A stretch of 64,000 bases of DNA from the NCBI RefSeq assembly GCF_006345805.1, contig NC_042997.1, forward strand, positions 12,338,001-12,402,000, given 5' to 3'. Shown one piece after another: positions 1 to 10,526 of the stretch. The DNA comes from Octopus sinensis. Taxonomy: Eukaryota. The translations under genes and the position numbers were made by a program. How positions within the stretch are numbered: position 1 is the first letter of the stretch; each line of letters opens with the position of its first letter. The notes below the pieces were generated by a model. That model was given only the letters and a program-made list of their open reading frames with translations. It made no database searches and had not been told where the DNA came from.

Positions 1-534
1 CACACACACATACACGCACATATTAACACATAGCAGTGTAAAAATTAATACTTACTTTACCGTAAATATTGAAAATATACGCTAAACGTGTTTATGTCAA
101 GAATGTCACAAGGTGTTCCAACAAAATAATGCTAATATCAGTCGTCATCTTGAGCTCGAAATGTGAAACTTGATCGTTGTGAAGTTTGAACAGTGAACCA
201 GGATAGAAGAAACTAAAAATTTATTACAAAGCAAGCACTGTTCTTTTACGAGTGTGACCTCATCATTCACGGCTCAGTATTCCCAACGATTCTTCTATAG
301 CTTTCTGTTTCTGGAACACGAATTGGAATTGATTTTGGGGAAGCCTAGAAAGGTAGTGGTATCAGATATTGCAGAAGGGCAGCAGCTTTAGAGGAAGAAG
401 ATTAGTCGATTACATTGGCCCCTGACTTCAGCTGGTACTTCTTCCAGAATGCTGCAAAGTATTTTTCCCAACGCGCAATAATTCTTCCCGCCTGCGGCCT
501 TAAGGTAATCATGATAAAGGGTTTAAATATCTGT

Positions 535-1141
535 TTCTTTATTGCCCACAGGGGGCTAAACATAGAGATGACAAACAAAGAGATTAACTCAATTATATCG
601 ACCCCAGGGCGTAACTGGTACTTATTTATTCGATCTCGAAAGGATGAAAGGTAAAGTCGACCTCGACGGAATTTGACCTCAGAACGTAATGGCCTACGAA
701 ATACCTATTTCTTTACTACCCACAAGGGGATAAACACAGAGAGGACAAACAAGGACAGACAAACAGATTAAGTCGATTATATCGAGCCCAGTGCGTAACT
801 GGTACTTAATTTATCGACCCCGAAAGGATGAAAGGCAAACTCGATGGAATTTGAACTCAGAACGTAACGGTAGACAAAATACGGCTACGCATTTCGCCCG
901 GCGTGCTAACGTTTCTGCCAGCTCACCGCCTTTAGATATTGACACACGGCCAGCAAATTTAGGTGAGAGGTAATTTGGTTTAAATCAACCTCAGTGCTCA
1001 ACCGCAACTTATTCTATCGATCTCAAAAGAATGAAAAGTAAAATTGATCACGGCAGAATTTGAACCCAGAACATAACGAACCAAGGAAAATGCTGCAAAG
1101 CATTTTGTCGAATGCGCTATCAGCTCCTCCATCTCGCCACC
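535..1141 (-). mobile_element. tRNA-derived SINE family B, dimeric copy plus an adjacent degenerate copy
   Basis: Reverse complement matches the family B body seen many times in the window (ggcgagctggcagaaacgttagcacgccgggcgaaatgc...gagttcaaattcc...gcctttcatcctttcggggtcgataaattaagtaccagttacgcactgggg). Confidence 0.85.
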
Positions 1142-2017
1142 TTAAATGCATGAAACAGAATAATCAATTCATTTTTGTTACTGTCTAGTAGAGAACAAAG
1201 ACTATGCAAACCTGGCAGGAAAATAGCCGCAGCTCTTGAGCTGAAACTAGTAAAAAGAATTAAAATATGAAAAGGAAGTACCTGAATACAACACTGACTC
1301 AGTGAAACTGTCACTATCTCTGAAAGTTACCTATATATCGAAGTGTTATTTCTTGTCATTCTCAACGAAACTTCAGTTTGGCTGAGTTGGCGGAAAACAT
1401 TGTTTGGTGCAAAAGTGGTAGGATATTTCTGAAGATCAAACGTATTTATTGTTTGGATTGAAATCTTTTTATCGTCAACCTGTTGATAACATTAAGCTTT
1501 GTTTTGATGTTCTACTGAAATTTCAAAAACGCTGAATTGTTAATCGGTAATGCGAAACTTTCTGGTAATCGTAATATATATTTTTGTGGCTGTTGTCTTT
1601 ATATTTTTCTTTATTTTTCACAGCTATACATCACCATTTATGTTTTACTAAGGAAAAAAGATTACGAAAAAAGAAGGCAACGGCAGGTGGTTTTCTTTAA
1701 AATGGTGTTAGATAAAACTTTTAGGTAAAGAATACCAAAGGAAGAATAAACTGCTGATCAAGTCAAGCCACAGGAAATAAAAGTATTCAATCGTAACATG
1801 TATGAACATTGCTGTAGCAGCTAGATACAATAAACGGAGTACTTATTTGATCTTAGTTTATTTAATGTATATTACCTTAGAGAGAACTGAAGATGGCCAT
1901 GTTTACAGACTACATGCACGAATACCTGAAAAGACAGAAGTTCGCATTTTGTTACTAGACTGATGTTTTATTCACGAAGAGAGCATTTAGCCCTCAATAT
2001 ATATTTCTTAAACAAGA

Positions 2018-2044
<27 letters not shown>

Positions 2045-2058
<14 letters not shown>

Positions 2059-2368
2059 TTAGAGACAAAACCACTATTTTGCAAATCAAACAAAGAAAGA
2101 CTTAATCCAATACATAAAAAAATTTTAATATAAATTAAATAAAATTACTACAATTACGAAACAATTGTAGTGGCGAATTTAATTTTATTTAATTTTATTT
2201 AATTTATATAAAAAATTTTTTATGTATTGGATTAAGTCTTTCTTTGTTTGATTTGCAAAATAGTGGTTTTGTCTCTAATTAATATTATATAATATTTTGC
2301 TATAAAATTGGATTCAATCCTAAATCTGATTTTTCCCTGTAAATTTGGATTTATCCCTAATATTTATT
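2045..2368 (+). repeat. Fold-back repeat (arms ~110 bp) with unique 3' tail, probably a Penelope-like pLTR end with 5' inversion
   Basis: 2045-2155 is the reverse complement of 2163-2293 apart from a short indel. The tail 2290-2368 is nearly identical to the reverse complement of 34071-34160. Flanked by (TA)n. Confidence 0.7.
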
Positions 2369-2479
2369 ATATATATATATATTATATATATATATATTAT
2401 ATATATATATATTCAGAATGAGATAAAAACAACAAAAAAAAACAAGGGTGTGAAGATTATAGAACATTCATAAATATAA

Positions 2480-4450
2480 AGTCTTACAGCTGTTTCCAGG
2501 ATAAGCAATAGTAATTTAGGTAAGCTACGTTGTAAATTACAACTATGAGGTAGTTGAAAGTTTAACTAAGGTACAGTCCTCCATTAACAAAGAGAAGTCA
2601 TTTTTCAGAAGAAGAAATTTGACTTTCCTTCGAAATGAGCTTACCTGAAGAGAGTATTTCTCCATCTCAGGGATTGGTAGCAAAACTAAAGGACATACAA
2701 GTACCAAAATCTAAGGAAGATATTGACAAAATATTGGGTCTAACGAATTACTACTGCAGAATTGTCCCGGCGTCTGGTGAAAAAGTAGAACCACTCTCAT
2801 CAGCTAGATCTAAAGAATTTCATTGGAATAAAGAGCATAATAAGATCTTCTGTATGCTTATCACTCATCTTTCGGAGGCTCCAGTTTTGCAATCGAATGC
2901 AATGGAGAAGCTGAGCACTCTCACTTTAGATGCATCTTTGATTGTAGTAGTTGTGGTGTTATCCCAGGAAGGACAACCAGTAGCATTCATGAGCCACATC
3001 TTTAGCCAGGCATATCGAAATTGGTGAAACATAGAGAGAGAGAGAGAGAGAGAGAGAGGCTAATGCAGTGTTATGGTGCGTAGACTGTGCGGCATTTTCT
3101 CATAGGAAAGCAGTATTATTTGGAAACAGATCAACAGACTTTAAAAACTCTGTTCGCGACGTATTCAGATGTATCTCATGGTGCTTCGCAAAAAAATAGC
3201 CAGGCGGAGTTGATTCTATCACAGTATGATTTCGTCGTTAAACATGTTCCGGGTAAAAGTATTCTGCACGTCGATGCCCTCTCTCTTTATTTAGGTACAA
3301 TGAGACTAACGATGGTGATATAATTTTCTTTGCTTCTCATTTAGACAAATGCGACAGTCCGTGACAGGGTATCGATCTCGTAATGGTGGAAGCTATCCGA
3401 AAAGAACTAAATGCAAACGCATTATATAACAATATAAAAGAAAGAATTTTACACCTAAGCTGGAGATCTGTCTCGAATCTTGAACGTGCATTTTTTAAAG
3501 AGAAGGATAATTTGACATGCGAAAATGGCTGAATATATCATAAAAATCGTCCGTTTATTCCAGCACCTTATAGAGCCGCAGTATTAGATACAAAAAAACG
3601 ACATACATATGGGGAGTCACCAAAAACTTAAAAGACACGACTCTATGTTTGGTGGCCTGGATGTTAGCTTACTTGATGGAGAAGTTTGTCAACTTTTGTG
3701 ATAGTTGCCAGAGAGCTAGGCCTCATTTAGTGGAGGCAAATGATTCATGGCCTATTTCTGGGCCCTGGGAACGTGTGCACATGCATTGGGCATATGTTCC
3801 AAGCATCGGTAACATACTTGTAATTGTAGATACCTATTCAACATGGATCGAGGCATTCTTAAGTCCTAATCGCTCGACTGAGGAGGTAAAAAGGAAGCTG
3901 CTTGAGGTCTTGGCTCATTTTGGTGTGCTTACAGTTTTAGTATCGGACAACGGGCCCGAATGTGTTGCGTTAAAAGAATATGTTGTCATAAATAAGTTGC
4001 AGAAAAATTGAGACACCTGCTCACAGTCCGGCATCTAACGGCGCCGCTAAATGGGCCGTACAAACTGTGAAAGCTGCACTGAAGCATTTTGATCTGAAGA
4101 CAAGGAATTTCGGCAACAATATGAACAAAATTATGTTCAACTATCGGAGTGTCTCGGGTGATTGCAAATTATAACCGGTCGAAAAGTTAATGAAAAGACC
4201 ATTGAGAGTTGTTGCAAACCCATTCTTTGAAATAGGTGAGAATGTAATACACAAAACTATGTTCGACAAGGTTGCATCCAAGGCAAAATATTTGATACAT
4301 GCGGAGAAGAATACTGCATGGATTAAGGAGGGTTGCCCACTGCAATTGGTGGCAGTTGAGCAACTGGTTCCGCTAATGGTAGTAGCTATTCACGTGAATA
4401 GCTCGTTCAGAAGAAAGATAATGTTACAATGTATGAAGCAGAAAGATTAA
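2480..4450 (+). pseudogene. Decayed Ty3/gypsy LTR-retrotransposon pol (RT C-terminus, RNase H, integrase); no LTRs found
   Basis: RNase H motifs TLTLDAS..VLSQEGQPVAFMS and RHFLIGKQYYLETDQQTL, zinc-binding C..CQ, and integrase core PWERVHM..ILVIVDTYSTWIEA..FGVLTVLVSDNGPE. These are spread over several frames with stops. Confidence 0.9.
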
Positions 4451-4468
4451 ACCTATATATATATATAT

Positions 4469-4527
<59 letters not shown>

Positions 4528-4544
4528 AATACACAGAGGCATGC

Positions 4545-4747
4545 AGGAAGTAAATAGAGAATAGACACCTTTCAAAATTTCTGATCTAAGCGTCTTAACA
4601 CATTTTCAGCGGTGGAGAATTTACAATGTAATTATTCTTTATCATTCCAGGTGCCATTATATTAAACATTTGCCAAGAGTAACCATGCCACACACAAAAA
4701 ATTCTGCAGAACTGTCACATTTTCAAAGAGATCATATTGTTGTGTTA
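4545..4747 (+). mobile_element. Tc1/mariner-like transposon 5' fragment, truncated at the ribozyme-repeat insertion
   Basis: Aligns by eye with 44630-44830 and encodes a decayed N-terminus similar to MPHTKNSAELSHFQRDHIV (Tc1 paired-like HTH start). Confidence 0.6.
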
Positions 4748-5363
4748 AAATATTAAAATAACTAAGTCTCTCTAAAAGAGAACAGCGGCAGCGTTCCCGG
4801 AAAATAATAGTTATCGCCATACTAATATGTAGCTGCCGGTCAAGTAGTGTGGAGCGACTGACCTCCTTTGTTCGAAGGTTATATGGATACAGTTTGTGTA
4901 TCAAATAGCTAACTTAAGGCGATGGCCTCATGGAGCTAATAAGCGGACAGCTTTTTTCTTATTTTTATAAGAATGCCATATTAGTATGGCGATAACTATT
5001 ATTTTCCGGGAACGCTGCAGCTGTGTTCTCTTTTAGAGAGACTTAGTTATTTTAATATTTCTATTATTGAAAACAAGTGGATGTATTCCACCGAAACTAG
5101 GTAAATAAAACCATCGAACAGAGATTGTCGGAAGCGACACCTACTGATTTTTCCTTGGATTACGTCGGATTATTTTACGCTGTAAGCTGTTATGTTAGTT
5201 CGTTCTGTTCTGGATTTACACGTACAATTTTTGGAGTATTAACTTGTGAAACAAAGTAATTTTCGCCCTTCGGGGTAGAAAATTTCTTTTTATATATGAA
5301 CTTTAATTCAGTGTGGATTTGATTTTTATCTTGTCTCTTGTGACAAGTCACTTGCATTTTATT

Positions 5364-6845
5364 ATGGATCTTGACTTAACGTCAAATTCTGATTTTCCCG
5401 AGATGGGAGAAGTTATAAAGCAAAAGGATACAAAGGAGAAACAAAGTTTTTCGGAAGCCGTTGGAGGTAATGTTATAGAACTGGAAGTAACAATGGAGGA
5501 TCTCTTCAAGTTCAGAAAGTTCATACAAAGGAATGGAGAAGAAACGAGAATAATACCGCCCCCTGACACCTTACAAGCAATCCGTGAGAAGACGGTAATT
5601 TATAAGGTATATAATATTAAGGAAAAAAAGATTGCAGATGTAAGAAATGAATTGGTAGAACGGTGCATGGCACCAATTTGGAACAAGGTTCGCTATGTTG
5701 GCCGAGGAGTGAGAAGCGCTACTATTGAAGCGCATTTCGAGTCGGCTAGCATAGCGAAGGAAATTTCAACTCAAACGTTGAAGAGTGCAGACATCCTGTT
5801 GCTGCCCACGTACTTAGGGCGCAGAACAGCTAAGATAACAATAGAGGATATACCAACAGGTTACGATGTAATGTGGGCAGCAACAGCGGTCGTATTCGAC
5901 GTAGAAGAGAAATTAACCATTTTAAACATGAGGATGAAAGAGGCAAAATTTTGGAAAGGTCAGCAGCTTGAAATGATCGTTCAAGCTGACAATGCAACGC
6001 TGGAGAGTTTGCCAGACAGGGTCTTCGTGGGGGATGGACACACTGCGCGGGTATCGGTTGAGGGACGTAGGCCCAGATGTTTCAAATGTGGGCAGAAGGG
6101 TCACGTCCGCTCAGAGTGCAAAAAGAAAAAACCCGTTAATGCCCCCATTCAAACCGCTGTGGAGAACAAAGCAGACATCACAGCAACAACAAAAGAGAAT
6201 ACCCGGAAAAAGCAAAATGAAAGTCAAAAGGAGGAAAAGAAAATGAATGGAAAACAAAGCGAAAACGAAAACGAGGTGGAAAATATTTTATCAAATGGAA
6301 AAGAACTGGAAGTAATGGAATATACGACTGTAACCAACAAAAGGAAGAAATCCAATACCCCGGACTCCCCACCCCAAACAAAAAGAAAAACAAACGCAGA
6401 AGAACAACACAAAAAAATTATCCAATCCCACCCCGCTGGCACTACTTTTGTAGGCCAGCATTTCATTAAACCCCAGCCCCCAACTTTAAAAGGATTCAAA
6501 AAAACCGATAGGTGCATTGCTTATAACACAAAAAACGAGAGAGTAGTTTGGTACATAAAGGCGAAACCAAACATAAAATGTTTCAAATCATCGGAAAAAA
6601 ACCCGGATTGGAGGTATGCGAAGGTTGGAGAGGAGGAATGGAAGGAGAGACTCTTCCAACTACACGTGAGGGACAACCTGATTAAAGATGTCACACAAGA
6701 GGTGATAGCTGGAAAATTGAATATTAGCCTGGCAGCCACTCCATCCCAGAGCCCGGTGGCAACGCCGGTTAAATGCCCAGCAACAACGGAGAGTGTGGGG
6801 GAGGCAGGCAGACAAAAGCTGCCATGCTCCCTCTCACAACCGTAA
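5364..6845 (+). CDS. Tx1 element 1 ORF1, gag-like nucleic-acid-binding protein with CCHC zinc knuckle
   Basis: Open frame (track 5313-6845, first ATG at 5364). Zinc knuckle CFKCGQKGHVRSEC preceded by VEGRRP. The motif L.PTY.G.R..K..I is shared with ORF1 of the other two elements. Confidence 0.9.
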   Translation: MDLDLTSNSDFPEMGEVIKQKDTKEKQSFSEAVGGNVIELEVTMEDLFKFRKFIQRNGEETRIIPPPDTLQAIREKTVIYKVYNIKEKKIADVRNELVERCMAPIWNKVRYVGRGVRSATIEAHFESASIAKEISTQTLKSADILLLPTYLGRRTAKITIEDIPTGYDVMWAATAVVFDVEEKLTILNMRMKEAKFWKGQQLEMIVQADNATLESLPDRVFVGDGHTARVSVEGRRPRCFKCGQKGHVRSECKKKKPVNAPIQTAVENKADITATTKENTRKKQNESQKEEKKMNGKQSENENEVENILSNGKELEVMEYTTVTNKRKKSNTPDSPPQTKRKTNAEEQHKKIIQSHPAGTTFVGQHFIKPQPPTLKGFKKTDRCIAYNTKNERVVWYIKAKPNIKCFKSSEKNPDWRYAKVGEEEWKERLFQLHVRDNLIKDVTQEVIAGKLNISLAATPSQSPVATPVKCPATTESVGEAGRQKLPCSLSQP

Positions 6846-6869
6846 GTAACAAACTTTCTTCATTCATCG

Positions 6870-9800
6870 ATGATTAAGTTGGGCTGTATAAATGTGCGTG
6901 GAATGGGGTCGAAATGGAAACAGGCTTGCTTGCTGGACGACCTCAGGACACACAGAATAGATGTAGCCATTGTCACCGAGTCCAAGATGAGAGGAACCCA
7001 AGCGTTCTCGCATCTTCTCAATGGTTACGAGAAATTTATTTCTCCTAGCCGAGGAGGAAGTGCAGGCGTGGCAGTCCTTATCAGGAAGAACTTGGACTTA
7101 CAGGTAAGTACTGTCTTTATGGACCCAGAAGGTAGGCTGGTTGTCCTCGATGTAACTCACGTAAGTAAGCAGTCCTTCAGGTTGGTAGCTGTTTATGCTC
7201 CTAATGAGGGTAGGCAGACCAGTTTTTATCGGAACTTGGAGCACTTTCTAGTGACGTCTAAAACGGTAGTATTGGTAGGGGATTTCAACACTATCATCGA
7301 TGCGCGGATAGATAGTGTGGGCTCGTCTGATAGAAGGGGGAATCCTTGCCTTAAGGGTCTACTGACGAGCTTTAATCTAGTAGATCGGTTTCGAATGGAT
7401 GAGCCGAGCATTCCACAGTGGACGTGGAGTAACAATGACGGCTCACGCAGATCGTATATAGATAGGGTATTTGTTAAAGAACGAGATAGGAATAGCATTA
7501 GCTGTCCACAATGTTGTATTGTGCCTTACACGGATCACAAATTAGTGACGTGTGAGGTACATGTAGATAAATGCCATAGACAGGGACCCGGATACTGGAA
7601 AATGAACAAGTCTATTTTGGCTTGTGAAGCTTTCCGTAACCGGATTATGGAATTAGTCCAGAGGGCATTATGTGGAACCATCATTAATAATAGATGGTGG
7701 ATCGCCCTCAAAAGAGCCATCCGTTTGGAGTCCATTAGATTTAGCAACCAGCTAAGTTTAGATAGGACTAGAATAGAGGGCGATTTAGTTAAGAACTTAG
7801 ACGAGGCAATGGGATCTGGCTGTGCATCTAGAGTGTTAGCAGAGAGAACGATCTTGTACCGTCACCTCAATGCCAAGCATGAAGGATGTAGAGTCAGAGC
7901 TAAGCTACGTGCAGTGAAACGAGAAGGTATTAATGTTGCCGGATGGGCACGTCGTGTGGAGAGTCAGAAGGGCAAAAAGTCCTCTATTAAGTCTTTAACT
8001 GACGAACAGGGACGCAAAATCTATGGACAGGAGGAGATACAGAAGGTCTTTCAACAGCATTTCGCTCGGTTGTTTGGGGAGGGCGATCCACTCGAGCGAG
8101 GGGAGGACTTACAGAACTTCCTAGCTGGTGGGCCTCGGCTCTCGCCAAGCAGAGCGGAACGCTGTGAAGGACCGATTACTCCCGCGGAGGTAAGAGGGGT
8201 TTTGGCTGAATGCGCCCGGGAAAAGTCGCCGGGACTGGATGGTCTGCCCTATGAGTTTTATTGTTGTATGCCGGACTTGTTCGGGGACATACTGGCAAGC
8301 GTCTACGCAAACTGGCAACAGAATGGGAGGATTCCCAGTTCTGTGAGCCGGGGAGTTGTGACGCTGATCCAGAAAGACCCGAGCAAGGGGGATAATATTA
8401 GTAATTATAGGCCCATAACTCTACTTAATGTAGAGTTAAAGATTTTGGCCAAGGTGTTAGCAGAAAGGTTGAAGGTCGTCATGGAAAAACTTGTCGGAAA
8501 GGCACAGACATGTGCAATCCCAGGCAGGTCGATCGAAGATAATCTTCACCTTCTACGCTACACTATAGACAGGGTTGGGCAATTAGCCGGCAAAGGAGGG
8601 GCATTGGTCCATTTAGACCAAAGTAAAGCATTTGATAGGGTAGATCATCAGTACCTGGCGACGGTTCTCGAAGCGGCTGGGCTAGGTCCTGACTTTCGCG
8701 GGTGGATATCAGCTATGTACAGCGGTATCAAGTCCACAGTCCAGATAAACGGTTACTTAACGGAACCGTTTTCGATTAAGCGTTCAGTTCGTCAAGGATG
8801 TCCCTTGTCCCCTCTCCTGTACGTTTTGGCTCTTGAGCCATTGCTGCGGAAGTTGGAGACGGTGAGATGCAATCCTAATGAAATCGGATGCGGTAAGTCT
8901 GTTTCTGCGTATGCGGATGACGTCACCTTCATCGTGTCCAACGAAGCACAACTAACTCGTGTAGAAGGTGCTCTCCGAAGATACGAAGCGGTGGCTGGGG
9001 CAAAAGTTAACAAGGACAAGTCCACTGGTTTGCGCCTCGGCACCTGGAGGAACAAGCCGATATCGTCCAGTGTTGTTGGACACTGGACAGATGGTCCTGT
9101 TAAATTGCTTGGAGTTTGGTTTGGTTCAGACTCCCAGACGGAGAAAAATTGGAGCGAGGTAGTGACCAAGGTAGAAGCCATAGTTCGGGAGTGGTCCGGA
9201 AGGCATCTTTCCTTGAAAGGGAGGGCGGAGGTGGTACAGGTGTTTATAGCATCTGTAATCACCTATCGCCTGACTGTCGTGCCTTGCCCCGATTTGTGGC
9301 TAAGCAAGTTGGATCGACTCCTTTTCCGCTTTTTGTGGAAGGGAGGAAAGCCACTTGTAAGGCGCTCCGTGTGTTGCCAGGAACCACTAAAGGGTGGGCT
9401 GGGGATGCCTTGGTTAATGATGCGCAGGCATGCGCTGAGACTGAGACATCTCTGGTTTCACCTGGAAGGTGATAAGGTGTGGAGTCCGCTGGCAGATAAT
9501 TTCTTCCCGCAACCGGACTCTATGGAGAGATTTAAACCCGGTTTCATTAAAAGACGGAACCTGACTTTATGGCAGAAAGAGTGCCGACAGGCACTCTGGC
9601 TGATCCACAAGATAGGCAAAGCCGGCTGCGGGAATACCACCTCGACATTTTATAGAAGGATGGTAGAGGCAAAAAATGACGACGTCCTAAGAGGGTCTCT
9701 GGGGTTCGATGAGGATCAACTATCCGACCTGTTTAAGAAGACTTTCAAGCCGGGGTATTTGGACAATTACCAAAAATCCCTGACTTGGCAGTGCTATAGG

Positions 9801-10268
9801 AATGCTCTACCTGTTCGCGATAAGTTATATAGGCATGGAATGTCAGTGCCACCGACATGTCCAAGATGTGGGTTGGACGATGAAACCGTCCAGCACGCTT
9901 TTGTACATTGTCAGGAGCTGTCAGGCTTAATAAGTTACGTAGAACACGTGTTGTCGCATCTGGGACGAGTACAGCTATCGGCTGGTTCTATAATAAAGAT
10001 GATACCGCCAGCTGGACTCTCAAAGGAAGGTGAGGCTTGTTTTCACTGTACGGTGGCAGTACTGAAAGAGTGTGTGTGGAGAACTAGATTGGAAGGTTTG
10101 GTGTCAGGAACCTTTGTCTCTGGATATGGTATGTTAAAATACTTCAGATACCATCTAAAGAGCAAGATGGATTTAGAGAAGAGGAACCTGACACAGAAAA
10201 AGTATGTGAATCGATGGAAGGATGTGATAAAAAAGGTGGGTGTGAGTAACCCTGCTTGGTCATCATGA
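6870..10268 (+). CDS. Tx1 element 1 ORF2: APE endonuclease, reverse transcriptase and C-terminal zinc finger, 1132 aa, intact
   Basis: APE motifs CINVRG, VTESK, VGDFN, YIDRVF, TDH. RT motifs KSPGLDGLPYEFY, YRPITLLN, DQSKAFDRV, RQGCPLSPLLY, YADD. C-terminal CPRC..ETVQHAFVHC. Confidence 0.97.
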   Translation: MIKLGCINVRGMGSKWKQACLLDDLRTHRIDVAIVTESKMRGTQAFSHLLNGYEKFISPSRGGSAGVAVLIRKNLDLQVSTVFMDPEGRLVVLDVTHVSKQSFRLVAVYAPNEGRQTSFYRNLEHFLVTSKTVVLVGDFNTIIDARIDSVGSSDRRGNPCLKGLLTSFNLVDRFRMDEPSIPQWTWSNNDGSRRSYIDRVFVKERDRNSISCPQCCIVPYTDHKLVTCEVHVDKCHRQGPGYWKMNKSILACEAFRNRIMELVQRALCGTIINNRWWIALKRAIRLESIRFSNQLSLDRTRIEGDLVKNLDEAMGSGCASRVLAERTILYRHLNAKHEGCRVRAKLRAVKREGINVAGWARRVESQKGKKSSIKSLTDEQGRKIYGQEEIQKVFQQHFARLFGEGDPLERGEDLQNFLAGGPRLSPSRAERCEGPITPAEVRGVLAECAREKSPGLDGLPYEFYCCMPDLFGDILASVYANWQQNGRIPSSVSRGVVTLIQKDPSKGDNISNYRPITLLNVELKILAKVLAERLKVVMEKLVGKAQTCAIPGRSIEDNLHLLRYTIDRVGQLAGKGGALVHLDQSKAFDRVDHQYLATVLEAAGLGPDFRGWISAMYSGIKSTVQINGYLTEPFSIKRSVRQGCPLSPLLYVLALEPLLRKLETVRCNPNEIGCGKSVSAYADDVTFIVSNEAQLTRVEGALRRYEAVAGAKVNKDKSTGLRLGTWRNKPISSSVVGHWTDGPVKLLGVWFGSDSQTEKNWSEVVTKVEAIVREWSGRHLSLKGRAEVVQVFIASVITYRLTVVPCPDLWLSKLDRLLFRFLWKGGKPLVRRSVCCQEPLKGGLGMPWLMMRRHALRLRHLWFHLEGDKVWSPLADNFFPQPDSMERFKPGFIKRRNLTLWQKECRQALWLIHKIGKAGCGNTTSTFYRRMVEAKNDDVLRGSLGFDEDQLSDLFKKTFKPGYLDNYQKSLTWQCYRNALPVRDKLYRHGMSVPPTCPRCGLDDETVQHAFVHCQELSGLISYVEHVLSHLGRVQLSAGSIIKMIPPAGLSKEGEACFHCTVAVLKECVWRTRLEGLVSGTFVSGYGMLKYFRYHLKSKMDLEKRNLTQKKYVNRWKDVIKKVGVSNPAWSS

Positions 10269-10526
10269 AGGGAGAAAATAGTCTCTGGGCTCTTAGGCTG
10301 TCGGGTAAGAATCCTGACTGTGATATACCTAGCTGGCCAAAATCATTTTTAATTTAAAAAAAAAAAAAAGGAGAAAAGTAAAGTCTAGTATCATAATCAA
10401 TAATCAACATATGTAAATATCAAACGAACAACGTAAACTTTTTGTAATTATGTTTTGTATTGTAATGTACTATCTCTGTAAGATTTTTATAATCATAATA
10501 AAGATTTAGGAAGCGACACCTACTGG

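Larger units (their letters stand above)
5147..10508 (+). mobile_element. Intact full-length Tx1/L1-clade non-LTR retrotransposon (element 1)
   Basis: Two uninterrupted ORFs, AATAAA at 10497-10502, and a perfect 17-bp target-site duplication ggaagcgacacctactg at 5130-5146 and 10509-10525. Confidence 0.95.

Noticed and set aside
5348-9640. Antisense and alternative-frame ORFs overlapping the Tx1 ORFs (also within elements 2 and 3)
   Set aside because: They are shadows of long coding regions with no recognisable motifs.
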